A stretch of DNA of 64,000 nucleotides from Lytechinus pictus (Eukaryota), in assembly GCF_037042905.1 (NCBI RefSeq), contig NC_087252.1, positions 13,642,001 through 13,706,000 on the forward strand. The letters run 5' to 3'. Both the position numbers and the translations under genes were made by a program. The notes under the pieces were generated by a model. The model worked only from the letters and a program-made list of their open reading frames with translations, made no database searches and had not been told where the DNA came from. Below are positions 50,268 to 62,000 of this stretch, piece after piece (the stretch's first letter is position 1; each line of letters begins with the position of its first letter).

Positions 50268-50708
50268 AGCTGGGGGGGGGGGGGGGTGAGGCAGTTCCCC
50301 CTCGGCCCCCCCCCCCATGGATCCGCACCTGATAGAACCCCATGGCCTCGTATCATTTGACCTTTGGAGCTCTCGATGACATTTGATATATCTGATCATA
50401 ATTTTACACACACTGCGGACTATCGGACCCGCGGTCTATCGGACCCGCGGACTATCGGACCCGCGGTCTATCGGACCCGCGGTCTAACGGACCCGCGGTC
50501 TATCGGACCCGCGGTCTATCGGGATGTCCCCAATTTTTCAGCCACATTTTCCCCGATTGGCCGCTTGAAGTTGATTTTTTGTGTTTCTTTGAAGGGGGTA
50601 GTCCTAAATAGTCACTTCAAAGCTTATTCTTATAAATCAACATTTAAGATAATCTCATTAGTCTTATTTAAATAGTGCGAGCGCGAGCTATTTTTTATTT
50701 CATGTATA

Positions 50709-52578
50709 CACACCAAAAAAGTAAGTCCCCCCTAAATCAAAATGCTATAACTTCTGAACGGAATAATTTTGAGATAAAACATTTCGTAGGTGGATTTTTA
50801 CACTCACTAAGCAACTCCTGGGGGGAAATGAGATTGATCGGTTGGGTCGTGCATGAGTAATCAAAGATTGAATTAAAAATGACAATTTTTGAAAGTCACA
50901 AGAGTCGTTTTTCAGATTGTGTAAATACAAAGTTGGGCAAATGTTGTTTTTTGGTAAATTTTGATAACGTATGTTCATGCTTGGATGAGCACATTTTTTG
51001 TGACGTATCATCTCATAGGGGGTTTATGGTAGTATCCACTTGTTAAAACATGTTAAAATTTGAAAATGTTAGTGGCTCCCTCCCCAAATTTCTCGGCACC
51101 TCCCCACTTTCAAATTCTGGATCTACCACTGATTTGTCCATAAATTCAACTGATACTGAGAAATTATTAGGAAAAGAATACATTTATGCAGTAAAAAGAG
51201 TATTAATACCTAAGTTTTCGAGTGTGCTCGCTCAGCCATGACAATGTAGAAAGTTCGGAAAGTGTGTGGTGATAAAAATGATTGATGATGAAAGCAATAC
51301 CAATTAACTTACATTTGAAACCGAATTTGCCCCAATTATTCACTTTATAACCCATCAAAATGAGTCTGTGACATTGAAAATGCCCCTTTTCCCCCTTTGA
51401 GGCGTGCTCACTCATCCATAAACAAACAAATCAATTTCATTTTTGCATAGAATTTTGCCCATAAGTTGATGAACATTACTGCCAAACGATACTGCTAAAC
51501 ATGCTAAAGACAGCTTTGAAAAAAAGTTCCACCACATTGAATAGGGGGTTACTTATTCTCTAACATATGCACCCATCGTGTACACAATGTCTATGAGAGA
51601 GGAAGTCAAAATTTTAACAAAAGTGAAATAAGAGTTTGTTTCATAGTCGGTTTTTGTTACTTCTGCCAATAGTTTTCTCATGAAACTTCGCACATGGCTT
51701 CAGAGTGGCACTCTCCAAAGGGCCCGCACACTCAAATTACCATTCGATACGGCACAGAGTGGGGCCAAGGCCTTGAACTTTCTTCTCATTTGCATAATTT
51801 TCGAATATTGTGTGCTCACTGAGGCATTCGATATCGGGATTTTCATAAAAATCCAATCAAATTAACTATTCAAGAAGGTTTGTGACAGATATCCATAGTT
51901 AGCAATTGCATTTTGCCAATAACGTAAAAAAAGAGCTAATCACATTCCACATGTTCATTCAAGCGTGAATGTTTAATTAAATGCCTTTGAATCATTGAAG
52001 CATGTTAATTGGTCATGAACATATTGAAAAAGGTTGAGAAAAGATAATTTCAGTTACCAACTTGAAACATTACTTGCCAATGATATTTGAAAATCGTATT
52101 TTTTGTTTTCATTAAATGTTCATTGAGCCGTGAAATGATGAATATTGTTGAAGATACTCTTCCCAAAAATAATCGTCATCATATTCCTTCATTTTCATCG
52201 ATAGAAATGTGTAAAAATTCCAATAATAGCAAATTTTGACTGTGTTTATTCAACCGTGAAATTTTGCCAAAAAAGTTGTATCGTTTTTTAGAAAGTACAT
52301 TTTACATGCCTTCTGACTATTTTTCATGATGAGATTGTGGAATTCGTTCCAATAAACTGGAATCAAAGTCATGATATTTTGCTTGTGACTTTTAAAAAGT
52401 GACAATTTTGCATTTTTCCGGTGCTCACTGAAGTATGACATAAAACACGTCCGTAACATTCACAAAGAGGGTAGCTTATAAAACTCCCTACAAGTTCATG
52501 TAAAAATATATTAAAAACTCCCAGTGGTTCGGAAATTATCGATGTTTGTTTAAGGGGGGACTTACTTTTTTTGTTGTG
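50709..52578. mobile_element. Non-autonomous TA-TSD DNA transposon (~1.87 kb)
   Basis: TA|CACACCAAAAAAGTAAGTCCCCCCTAAA ... TTTAAGGGGGGACTTACTTTTTTTGTTGTG|TA. Confidence 0.8.
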
Positions 52579-54679
52579 TATATTTTGTCCTAAAATCTAA
52601 ATATTCTGAGCAATGTTTGTGATCCTAAACGATCATGTGTATCCAACTAAATGATTACTGCGAGCGCGAAGCACGAGCAGAAATTTTTAATATATTTGAA
52701 CTGATAAAAAAGTAGGCCCATCTGTTAACGGCTACTTGCAGTTATATCCATGAAGACGTTTCATATTACAGCAATCAAAATAATGCAAGCGCGACTGAGC
52801 GCCAGCTGAACATTTTGACATTTCTACCTGAATGGAAATTCTAAGCACATTTTGTAGTCGTGAAAAGGATAAGTCGGCCTATATAACTAAATAATTGATG
52901 CGAGCGCGGGACACTCAATTCATGTTTTTTTTTAGATAAATCATGAAAAGGGTGAGTAATTTGAAATCTTCCTAAAATAATAATGTAAGCGCAAAGCGCG
53001 AGCAGAAAATTTTTGATATTGTAATATAAAACTGGATAATGATTTAAATAGAGAACAAGCAGCGTATACATGCGCGTGCGTGTTTCAGATTTCGACCTAG
53101 AATCTGGGCATTCTAAATACCCTTTTTATCATGAAAATCAATAAAGCGAGCGCGAAGTGCGAGTTTTAAATATTTGATACTCCGATCTAAAAAAAAAAGG
53201 GGGGGGTCATTTTAACTCTGTATATTTCAAGCACTTTGCGGAAAAATTGTGAGGTGAATATGGATCACAGTTAAAAAAAGAGCTGATATGTTTCATCATT
53301 ATTATTTTCAGTTTTGACATGACCGGGACATTTAAAGAACACTATGTCATAATCATGAAAATGATCTTCCTATTTCTCTCCCTAAGCCGCAGCGCTAAAT
53401 GAAACTTGTCGATAAACCATTCTGAAAAAAAAGAACAATTTGATTATTAAATTGATATCTTATTCATTGATCTAATAAGCCTAATGAGAGCGCGAAATCT
53501 GTTAATATTATGGCCTGAAAACTGCATGAGTTGCATAAATTTTCAACAATCAATGCGAGCGCAAATCGCGAGCCGAAATTTTTGATAAACTGTCATGAAA
53601 TGGGGATTTTGAGTAGTTTATGCAACTATATAACCAACTAAAATGGAGTGTGCAGTATTAGCGGATGCGTTTTGACAATCTGACCTGAATAGGGATAAGG
53701 AAAATAATAGGTATACCTGACAAATCAAATTTTGCGAGCGCGAGCAGAAAACGTTTATATTCAGACCATATAGCAGAAATTTTTACAGACCACATGCACT
53801 TTTCAAAAATCAATTTGTAAATCAAACAAAATAATGAAATTTCGATTTCTGAGCAGAAATATGTTTGACTTCATAATTTGATATTTTAAGCTCCATATTG
53901 AGCAAGATCACCTAAAATCACCTAAAATGCAATGCGAGTGCGAATCGCGAGCAAAAATTTTATAAAATGACATGGAAATTAAAAAAAAAAATAAATTCGA
54001 AGTCTACGTAGCCTCTTATTTTATTCACTCCTTTTATGTTTCCCCTTCTTTTTCCCTCTCTTTCCCTTTTTTCTTTATTTCCACCTTTTTTCTTTTGCTC
54101 CGCCAATAAGGGGGGGGGGGGGGGGGGTTGGCGGGCCCCTCGCCCCCCTGGATCTGCCTATGTATGTTTCTTATGTTAGGTGAAAGTTATAGGGCCTCAT
54201 ATATACAGATTATTAGAATACCCGTAAATAGTGTATCAGGGCAGACTAAACATGGCAGAAAAATAGTACAAATATTTTTTTTTCGATCCGTGGCACTAAA
54301 TTGCCGTACAATACAGTAAGCTACTTGTCATACCGGTATATTCATTTTTTCGGTGGCAATATTTGAACAATCAGAATTCATGACCTATTCCTATTAATCC
54401 TAGCTACTTTGAAATTAGGTAGCTTTGTGTTGCAATCGGGTTTAAAGGTCAAGTCCACCCCAGAAAAATGTTGATTTGAATAAATAGAGAAAAATCAAAC
54501 AATCATTGTGCTGAAAAGTTCATCAAAATCGGATGTAAAACAAGAAAGTTATGACATTTTAAAGTTTGTCCTTTAATTTCCGAAGTCATTTGATTTTTTC
54601 AAATTCTATTTACATATGGCGGTTACTGTAAATATTTGTGAAGGTGATGGATTGATTTTCAATTTCTATGTTCAGTTTT

Positions 54680-54900
54680 ACGTCACTGTCGCTGCAAACA
54701 AGGGCTAGCTAGCTATCCTGAGCTGGCGCCGGCCGGCCGGGAGTTGGCCGGAGCTAGCGCTCCGCTCGAGCCGGCCCGCTAGCTCTCGATCTCGGTACGT
54801 GTGTCGAGAAAAGGCGGCACTAACCGAGGTAAGGTCTGAGGAATAAACTTTTCGACTCGACGACTCGAGGGCGAGGCAACACGGATCACTGACGATACTA
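54680..54900 (+). promoter_or_regulatory. Putative ANKS3 TSS region / non-coding exon 1 ending at 54828
   Basis: Local GC/CpG-rich island in an AT-rich background with a strong donor GAG|GTAAGG at 54829; the coding exon at 57710 needs an upstream exon. Confidence 0.55.
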
Positions 54901-55488
54901 TTTTGAATTTCGGATAATGATGTAGGCCTACGGTATTTTAATGCTTGTTATACTGATTTCTCACTGAATAAGGGGACATGAAATTAAAATTTTGAATGTT
55001 GTGCTCCCATTCTCGATGAGTGACAGACTCCCACTGGTTCGGCGACTGAGGCTGCGCCGAGCCTCAGCTCAGGCTCAAGCTGAGGCCTGACTGGGTCTCG
55101 GCTGCCAGCTGAGTGACAGTGCAGACTGAGTCGTGAGAGCATGCTGAGACTGTCTGAGTGATGATTGAGTTGATCAGTGTTATTATTGTGCCTGGTCGGG
55201 ATATTGAATATTGTATAAAAAATTGTATAATTGGCACACTTGTATTTGAATGTTTGACTTGTCTTGTCATGCTTGTGCCTTTGGCTTTGTGGCAAAATGC
55301 CCCCCACAAAAAATTTGCTGACCTAAAAAAATATTTTTGGCTCATGAGTCATGTCGATGTACCTCAAGCGATGTTTGTGCAGGCTCCACTCCACTTCACT
55401 ACCGGCTACCGCTACACTACGCTCTACATTGTACCTACCCGAACCTTGACTCAAGGCTTGAGACCCAAAACTCGCTCTGATACAACCC

Positions 55489-56006
55489 TAACCCAGGGAG
55501 CCCAGGGGCTTACCGTGTATTTGACCATACTCACGGGACAAGGGTGATTTATGGTCTAAATATTTCTCCAAATGAATTGTGAAAACAGAAATTATGCACT
55601 TACCACGATTATATGGATGAAGGTCTAACGAGTTTCCTGCACATCTGGGCACAGACTGGAACCTCAAAAAACGAAAAGTTCTCTCCTTCTACCCCCGTCT
55701 CGATCGGCCATTTTTGTTGAACCATTTTTGTTATGAATTGTAACAAAATGGCCGATCGAGACTGGTAAAAGTAGAGAACTTTTCGTTTTTTTTACTCTTG
55801 AGGTTCCAGTTTGTGCCCAGATGTCGGGAAACTGCCACTCGTTAGACCTTCATCCATATAATCGTGGTAAATGCATAATTTCTGTTTTCACAATTCATTT
55901 GGAGAAATATTTAGACCATAAATCACCCTTGTCCCGTGAGTATGGTCAAATACACGGTAAGCCCCTGGGCTCCCGCCCGCTGTGCTGGCGGGAGCTCCCT
56001 GGGTTA
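55489..56006. mobile_element. Fold-back element with 9-bp TSD (MULE-like signature)
   Basis: TIR TAACCCAGGGAG / CTCCCTGGGTTA; TSD ATACAACCC at 55480-55488 and 56007-56015; ~225-bp near-perfect inverted arms. Confidence 0.88.
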
Positions 56007-56376
56007 ATACAACCCGAGTGACAAAGGTGGGATTTTATGGGGGGGAAATATAAAATTCATGCAACATCACGATCTTTAAAAACAAAACTAATATTCTTAC
56101 TTTACACAAAGTTTTACTTCATTTCCATGCTTCTATCAGTCTCAAATTGGTGATTTAGAGCCAACATGGAGTTTCTCACACGTAACAATAATTCGCTGCC
56201 GATTTCAAAACATCGCATGCTCATGCGCGAGGGTCCAAGCAGACCCTCGCGCATGCGCATGCAATATTTTGTTTAATTTGTGATTGCTTGTCAGTTTCTT
56301 TTTTAAAATACATATAGATCTAGATCTACTTATTTGTCTTGCTATGCCTGATCAAATCAATTTCTTTGGAAACATG

Positions 56377-57395
56377 GGGCCCGTTTCTCAACACCGTCAT
56401 AAGTCTAACTTCTTGACTAACTCGGAGATAGTGAGCTACTTGTCCGCTAACCGTTTCACGAAGCCCTCTTTACCAAGATCGGGTACAACAACCTCACTAA
56501 ATATTTATGACACCTCCGAACCTGTCATAACTTCTTTCTTAATGACGTAGTGGCATCACATGGGTAGACTATGACAAGCAAAGGTGCCTAGATATTTGAA
56601 AATAACAATCTTACGTAATCGATCATAGAGGTTGAAATTACATCACAAAACAAGTGGGATAATGCATTCAATGATAATTCTAATAAAAAGAAACTATAAA
56701 AATTGTTAAAACGCCACAAAACCATTCAGTTTGAAATAGTAAAATGACTTAATCGATAAAGATTCTACCACGTCAGGCCATCCATAACTGGACTCGTATT
56801 TGTCCTTTTCAAACCCCTATTAACATTTGGATAAATTCTATCTCTAATTTATGCATAGAATTTGTCAAATCGTATGTTTCAGTTTCAAAGATTTATTTTT
56901 GTTTTTGTTAAACTATATTTTGATGATGTTTGGAATCTTAGAAGGGCGTATAATTGTCATCATTTTACAAAGAAAACAGTTATGGTTTACTTTCGCAAAC
57001 TATTAAAATCCGATGTCCCGGGGGTACCCATCTCACGTCCACATGTGATTTTCTAGTCATGAAATTGTTTATTCATAATCTAATTTTCTCAGCAATTGAA
57101 TGCTCCAATCTTCATGGTCTAAGTATGTATGATGCATAATTTACATGTGCTATTATTTATAGATGTATTTCCCAATTCATCACAATATTTGCAATTTTGT
57201 CATAATTTTTTTTTGAAAATTATGCTAGTTTGTGACTAAGGCTACGTCTCGTCTGCTCTTTTTACCGATAGTATCAATATCAAGGTATTCTAGTTAGGAA
57301 GCCTTTCGAGAAACAGGTTTAGTAATATTGGAACTAACTCCGTGGTTGGTGGATAAAGATATGACTAACTTGTCCAGGTGTTGAGAAACGGGCCC
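56377..57395. mobile_element. PIF/Harbinger-like non-autonomous element (~1.0 kb)
   Basis: ATG|GGGCCCGTTTCTCAACACC...GGTGTTGAGAAACGGGCCC|ATG (19-bp perfect TIR, 3-bp TSD). Confidence 0.85.
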
Positions 57396-57710
57396 ATGGG
57401 GTCCATACTAAGCATTAGATTAGTCCATACCCCATATTAGTATCCTTACACATTTTTTGGTTCTTCACCTTCCTCCCTCCGGATCCTGGTAACTCCCTCT
57501 CATCTCCATGGAATCTTGACCTCAGGTCAGGCATGGCTCAAAGTCAAACTCAACTTGTCGGTGAGGTGTCCAAGCTATGACAAAAGGAGTAAACAAGCTC
57601 GCCGACAAGTACCTCGGGTGATGGGTCATATGTAAATCAACCTGTTAGCATAAAATATTGAAAAATGTTTTTTGTGCCAACTTTTTTTCTTGTTTTTATT
57701 TTTTTACAGT

Positions 57711-57892
57711 ATGGAATACCCTTATGAAGCCAGTGATGAAGCAAGTGAGTCAGAACTCCTGGACAAGAGTCTATCCATGTGGAAAGGATGGAGTGCTCTG
57801 GACAGTGAGAGTGCATTTGAACCCATCCCCTTAGACTTGCACACAGCCGCTTCAATTGGGCAGTATGACTGTGTGCACGCTTACATTGCAAG
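57711..57892 (+). CDS. ANKS3: Ankyrin repeat and SAM domain protein 3, first coding exon (MEYPYEASDEASESELLDKSLSMWKG...PLDLHTAASIGQY)
   Basis: SDEASE.ELL..SLSMW.G and PLDLHTAASIGQY match the ANKS3 N-terminus as I recall it; an acceptor (ttttacag, 57709) precedes the ATG, implying an upstream non-coding exon; donor AG|GTAATC. Confidence 0.92.
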
Positions 57893-58877
57893 GTAATCGA
57901 TCTGTCTAGGATTGTAGTTGCACTAACCCTCCTGGTGGGTGTTTCATAAAGCTGTTCGTAAGTTAAGAGAGACTTTAAGAATGACTGGAGATCCTTTCAT
58001 GTGGCAAATGGTATATTCATTGGCGTTGGTTTAGCGCGGAAGAAAGGTTCACCAGTCGTTCTTTAAGTTGCTCTTAACTTACGAACAGCTTTATGAAACG
58101 GCCCCCTGATATTCAGACTCATGAATTAAACAATTTGCAATCGGTCCTTTCACACCTAACCAGTGAGAAAAAGTGTGAATGTGTACATGGTCACAAGCAG
58201 ACTCTACTAAAGTCTGAAGATGGATGGATGCCAGTTGAACAATTTCAAAATGAGTTCTAAAGAATCCAATCAAATGACCACTCAAGAGACTATATAATTT
58301 GTGTAAAGCTATGCCAAATGATTCTGGAAGAAACTCTGTAACTGTGTAACTGTTGCCAATTTAGCAAAAAAGGAAGCAATTCAAGCATGATACCTAGCCT
58401 TTTTCCAACCGATGATAATCATGCACTCTCTCATATGCTTTTTCAGCTTGTTTTTCAGCTTGCATTTATTACATTTAATTATTTCACAAAGTTCAGTTAA
58501 TGTAACTTTACCAGATAGAGATTTACGATGATAGGTGTAGTGACAGCAGACTCTGAACTTGGCATCTCTGTTTACAGTGAGTTCTCGCAACTACTACGCA
58601 GACGTTTTTTTTAACATTAAAAATCTATTGTCAAATGCCCTTCATGACAATGAAGACCTTATGGAGGGTCGATGTTCAAAACAAAACAGCAGTTTCATCT
58701 GTGACTGGACAAATGACATATTTCTTATTTTTCGTCAGCTTTGAAACGTTGGACGAAACTGCTGTTCCGATTCTCCGACCCTGGACAAAGCTCCGTTGTG
58801 ATTTGACTTGCATTTTCAATGCGCTTGCTGCGTTGTAGGATTCGTTACTCCGTAATGTCTTTTCAAAATTTTTACAG

Positions 58878-59076
58878 TAGTGATGTGGATATCAACAAAA
58901 AGAACAAGGGTAGCTGGACCGCCCTCATGTACGCCTGCTACATCGGTCACGACACCATTGTCAATCTCCTCCTGGATGCCAAGGCAAAGGTCGATTTGAG
59001 GTCAAACAAGGGGTCAACGGCCCTAATGATGGCAGCTAGCTGTGGAAACGAAAGCGTCGCCTACTTCTTGCTTCAG
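58878..59076 (+). CDS. ANKS3: ANKS3 coding exon 2 (ankyrin repeats: NKKNKGSWTALMYACYIGHDTIVNLLL...MAASCGNESVAYFLLQ)
   Basis: ANKS3-type ankyrin repeats; NAGNAG acceptor (start 58878 or 58881); CAG|GTATGG donor. Confidence 0.93.
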
Positions 59077-62000
59077 GTATGGTCTATTAGTTGCAAATTT
59101 GAAAGGAAATTTCTTATTGGTTACTAGACTTTTGAATGAAATGCATGCCATATCAATATGCTACGATTATTTTGAATAATCTTTCCATGTCGCTAATAAT
59201 CACAAATTGCAATGACAGGTTCCTCTTTCTTGTCAAATATTTCTTATTTCATATTGTTTGCTGTGTTCTCATTATGGTTTCTGGTGTTGATTCATTATCG
59301 TGTTAATTTATAAATTGCTTTAGGGGTAATTTCAAGTTTGCTCTATGCTTATATTCATTATCATTCATATGGTTGCAGTTATAGTTTTTTATGCAGTTTT
59401 TTTTATTAGCTACATGTATTTATGAGTTTGATATAATTTCTTTGCATTTTGTATTTGAATCCCATTCTTGTCTTTCAAATTACCTTATGGGCATTTTCAC
59501 GGTAACTGACATTACACGGCACAATGTTTTCACACCTTTCATTGTGTGTATCTCTAAAACAACAAATGATGGGAGTTTGCTTTTGATAGAGTTAATAAAG
59601 TGAACCTTGCTGTATACTCTGATACTAAGTTTTCCTATGTAACCACATTTTTTTACGCATCAGCAAGCAAAAATGTGTCGGTAACTGACATTACGCAAAA
59701 GGACATGCAATTTCAGGGTGTCCATTAAAATTGAAATATCTCATGTCCCTGAGTAGATAGAGTAATAATTTGAATATGTAAATATACCTCCGTTACTAGG
59801 TTAAGATGTGTCAAAATATTAAAAAAATTGTTTTTGTCTTTTGGGGACTATGATGATTTTTCGACAACCATGCTGGTAACTGACATTACGGTATTACTGA
59901 CATTACACTTAATTTGCCATAGAGATAACACATGGAAGTCAAATGTGTGGAATCATTGCATTGTATCTTCTGTGCAGGGCTTCACATGAAAGTGAGCTTG
60001 ATGTGGAAGTATACCCAAGTTTTTAGGAACATTTCAATGAAAATTTTTTTCTTTTTCTCAATTCCTTTCTTTGATTTGAACATTTTTATCATTACTTGTC
60101 GGTAACTGACAATACACATTAACATTTACCAGTGCTATATGATTTTCAAAGGCATAATTTTCTTGGTACATGTACTTATATGTAAGGCTTTTTAAAATCA
60201 TAAAAGTTTCATAATACTTCACATTTTTAATTATCAAAAGATAAGAAATGTATGTTTTACTTACTCGGGGGGGGGGGGGGTCATAGCAGCTACATGTTTT
60301 CCTATAGTATTTTGATATTGCATTGACTGTACGCATGGATTTTTCTGACTATACACCCATAATATATTCATCAGTTTTATATTGACTTTTTAAACCTATT
60401 CCTTCTCCAACCTCCCCCTCCCCTCAAAAAAGGCAAAAATTAATAAGGGTTTCCTCCCCTAGGCTACATGTACCCCTCCCCCGAATCTCATGCAGCCATG
60501 TAGTTTTATTGATTTCTATTCTGGTCAGTGCAAGCAATGCTTGTTCATATCTGTCGGATTTCAATTCTCTTCATAATTTGTTTAATCATTTTCTTTGCTA
60601 ATTTCTTTTATAGGCTGTCAACAAAAAATAAACTATTTGTAAATTAGAAAAAAACACACCAGTTTTAGTAGATCCATGCAACATTGATCAGAACTGTCAA
60701 ATTTCACTTTTCATCTATACTTGTAAACCAAAAACAAAATTGTATCACACATCCACACTACTAACAGGTATAAAAACCAGGAATTCACTTTTAGCGAGGC
60801 AATGCTCAAAAGAATCCTAGAAACTAAAAAAGGGGACCCTGAAAATCCCCTTCATCACAATGTTAAGCTTTAAAAATGTTGCAGATTTAGGCAATAGGTT
60901 GGGAAAAGTACCCCCTACCCCCCCCCCCCCCCGAAAACCAAACAAAAAATTGTCTGATACAAACAATTATTTACTTGGTAAGTGCATGTACAAAACAATT
61001 TCATAGTAATTTTTTTTTGCACGATGGGAATGCAACTTCCTTCATAATTTCATATAGTATTCCTTGTGAACTATACCTTTTAAAAGTCAATAGCAAGCTC
61101 CTTCTGGTGTGACTTGACTTAAATAACAAGTATACAATATTTCTTCACCATAAAATTGACCACATATTTGCATTTCAATATTGGTAACCAACGTTTTATC
61201 ATGGTAACTGACATTACATCTCGGTAACTGACATTACATTTTCCACTTGGTAACTGACATTACATATATTTAATGGTACCCTATGGCTTCATTGTTAATT
61301 GGTAATCTTTAATTTTGGTATAGAAGGGAGGGGTGTTACCTAGAGAGGAAATCTACCAAGTTTCATATAATATATCCTCTTTTCCAGGAAATGAGAAAAA
61401 AAAGTTCATGTTTTCGGTAACTGACATTACATACCATATCACATACTTCATCAATGTTTTTTTATCAGATGAATGAATTACTGGTGTTTCTTTCTGTGGG
61501 ATTTTAAAAAGTGTTATAATAGCAAGCTAAATCACAGGCGAAACCATCATGATCAAACCTGTTCTTTAAAAATCTGTCAAAACAAAATATGTATCAATAT
61601 ACTATTTTCAACACTAATTTGTATCCATACTTTGGCAGCCATTTTGAAATAAAAAATGGCTGCCAGAGTTGGAAAAAAAATTTGTCTCAGAAACTTCAGG
61701 TCTTGTTTTATTAAAAAACATAAAGCATTTTACATGAATATCAACTTGATTTTTTTGCCTCTGTGTCCATCTGTGGTGAAAATGCCCTTATGTTATATTG
61801 CAAGTACATGTATGTCACCAGTCACTTCTCTATCTCCATTTGTTTTCTCTATTCACAGTACCTTTGTGCATGCATTCACTCATGGGTCACTGTCTAGAAC
61901 AGGTCAAAATTCATAAAAATCATGACTCCATCATCTTCTGGGCAATGGCTCCACTCAGTTTATACAAGAATGAACACTGATCTGCACACTGCATCCATCT

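Larger units (their letters stand above)
45370..50531. mobile_element. GG-terminated element with 16-bp-satellite TIRs and 8-bp TSD (Merlin- or MULE/Foldback-like)
   Basis: TSD AATTTTTC at 45362-45369 and 50532-50539; termini GGTTACAGCCCGATAG / GGGGACATCCCGATAG; 11 versus 7 units of GATAG(A/T)CCGCGGGTCC, then ~85 bp more of imperfect inverted sequence. Confidence 0.82.

Noticed and set aside
49591..50411. F/S/L-rich 218-225-aa and K/R/E-rich 133-aa ORFs (also 41489-42030 and 30874-31218)
   Set aside because: Translations of polypyrimidine/polypurine low-complexity DNA.
55488..56007. piggyBac call from CTAA/CCC...GGG/TTAA
   Set aside because: A longer perfect TIR including TAA/TTA and an exact 9-bp TSD explain the ends better.
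59501..61430. CRISPR-like repeat-spacer pattern of the 15-mer
   Set aside because: Repeat too short and spacing irregular (0 to ~1100 bp).
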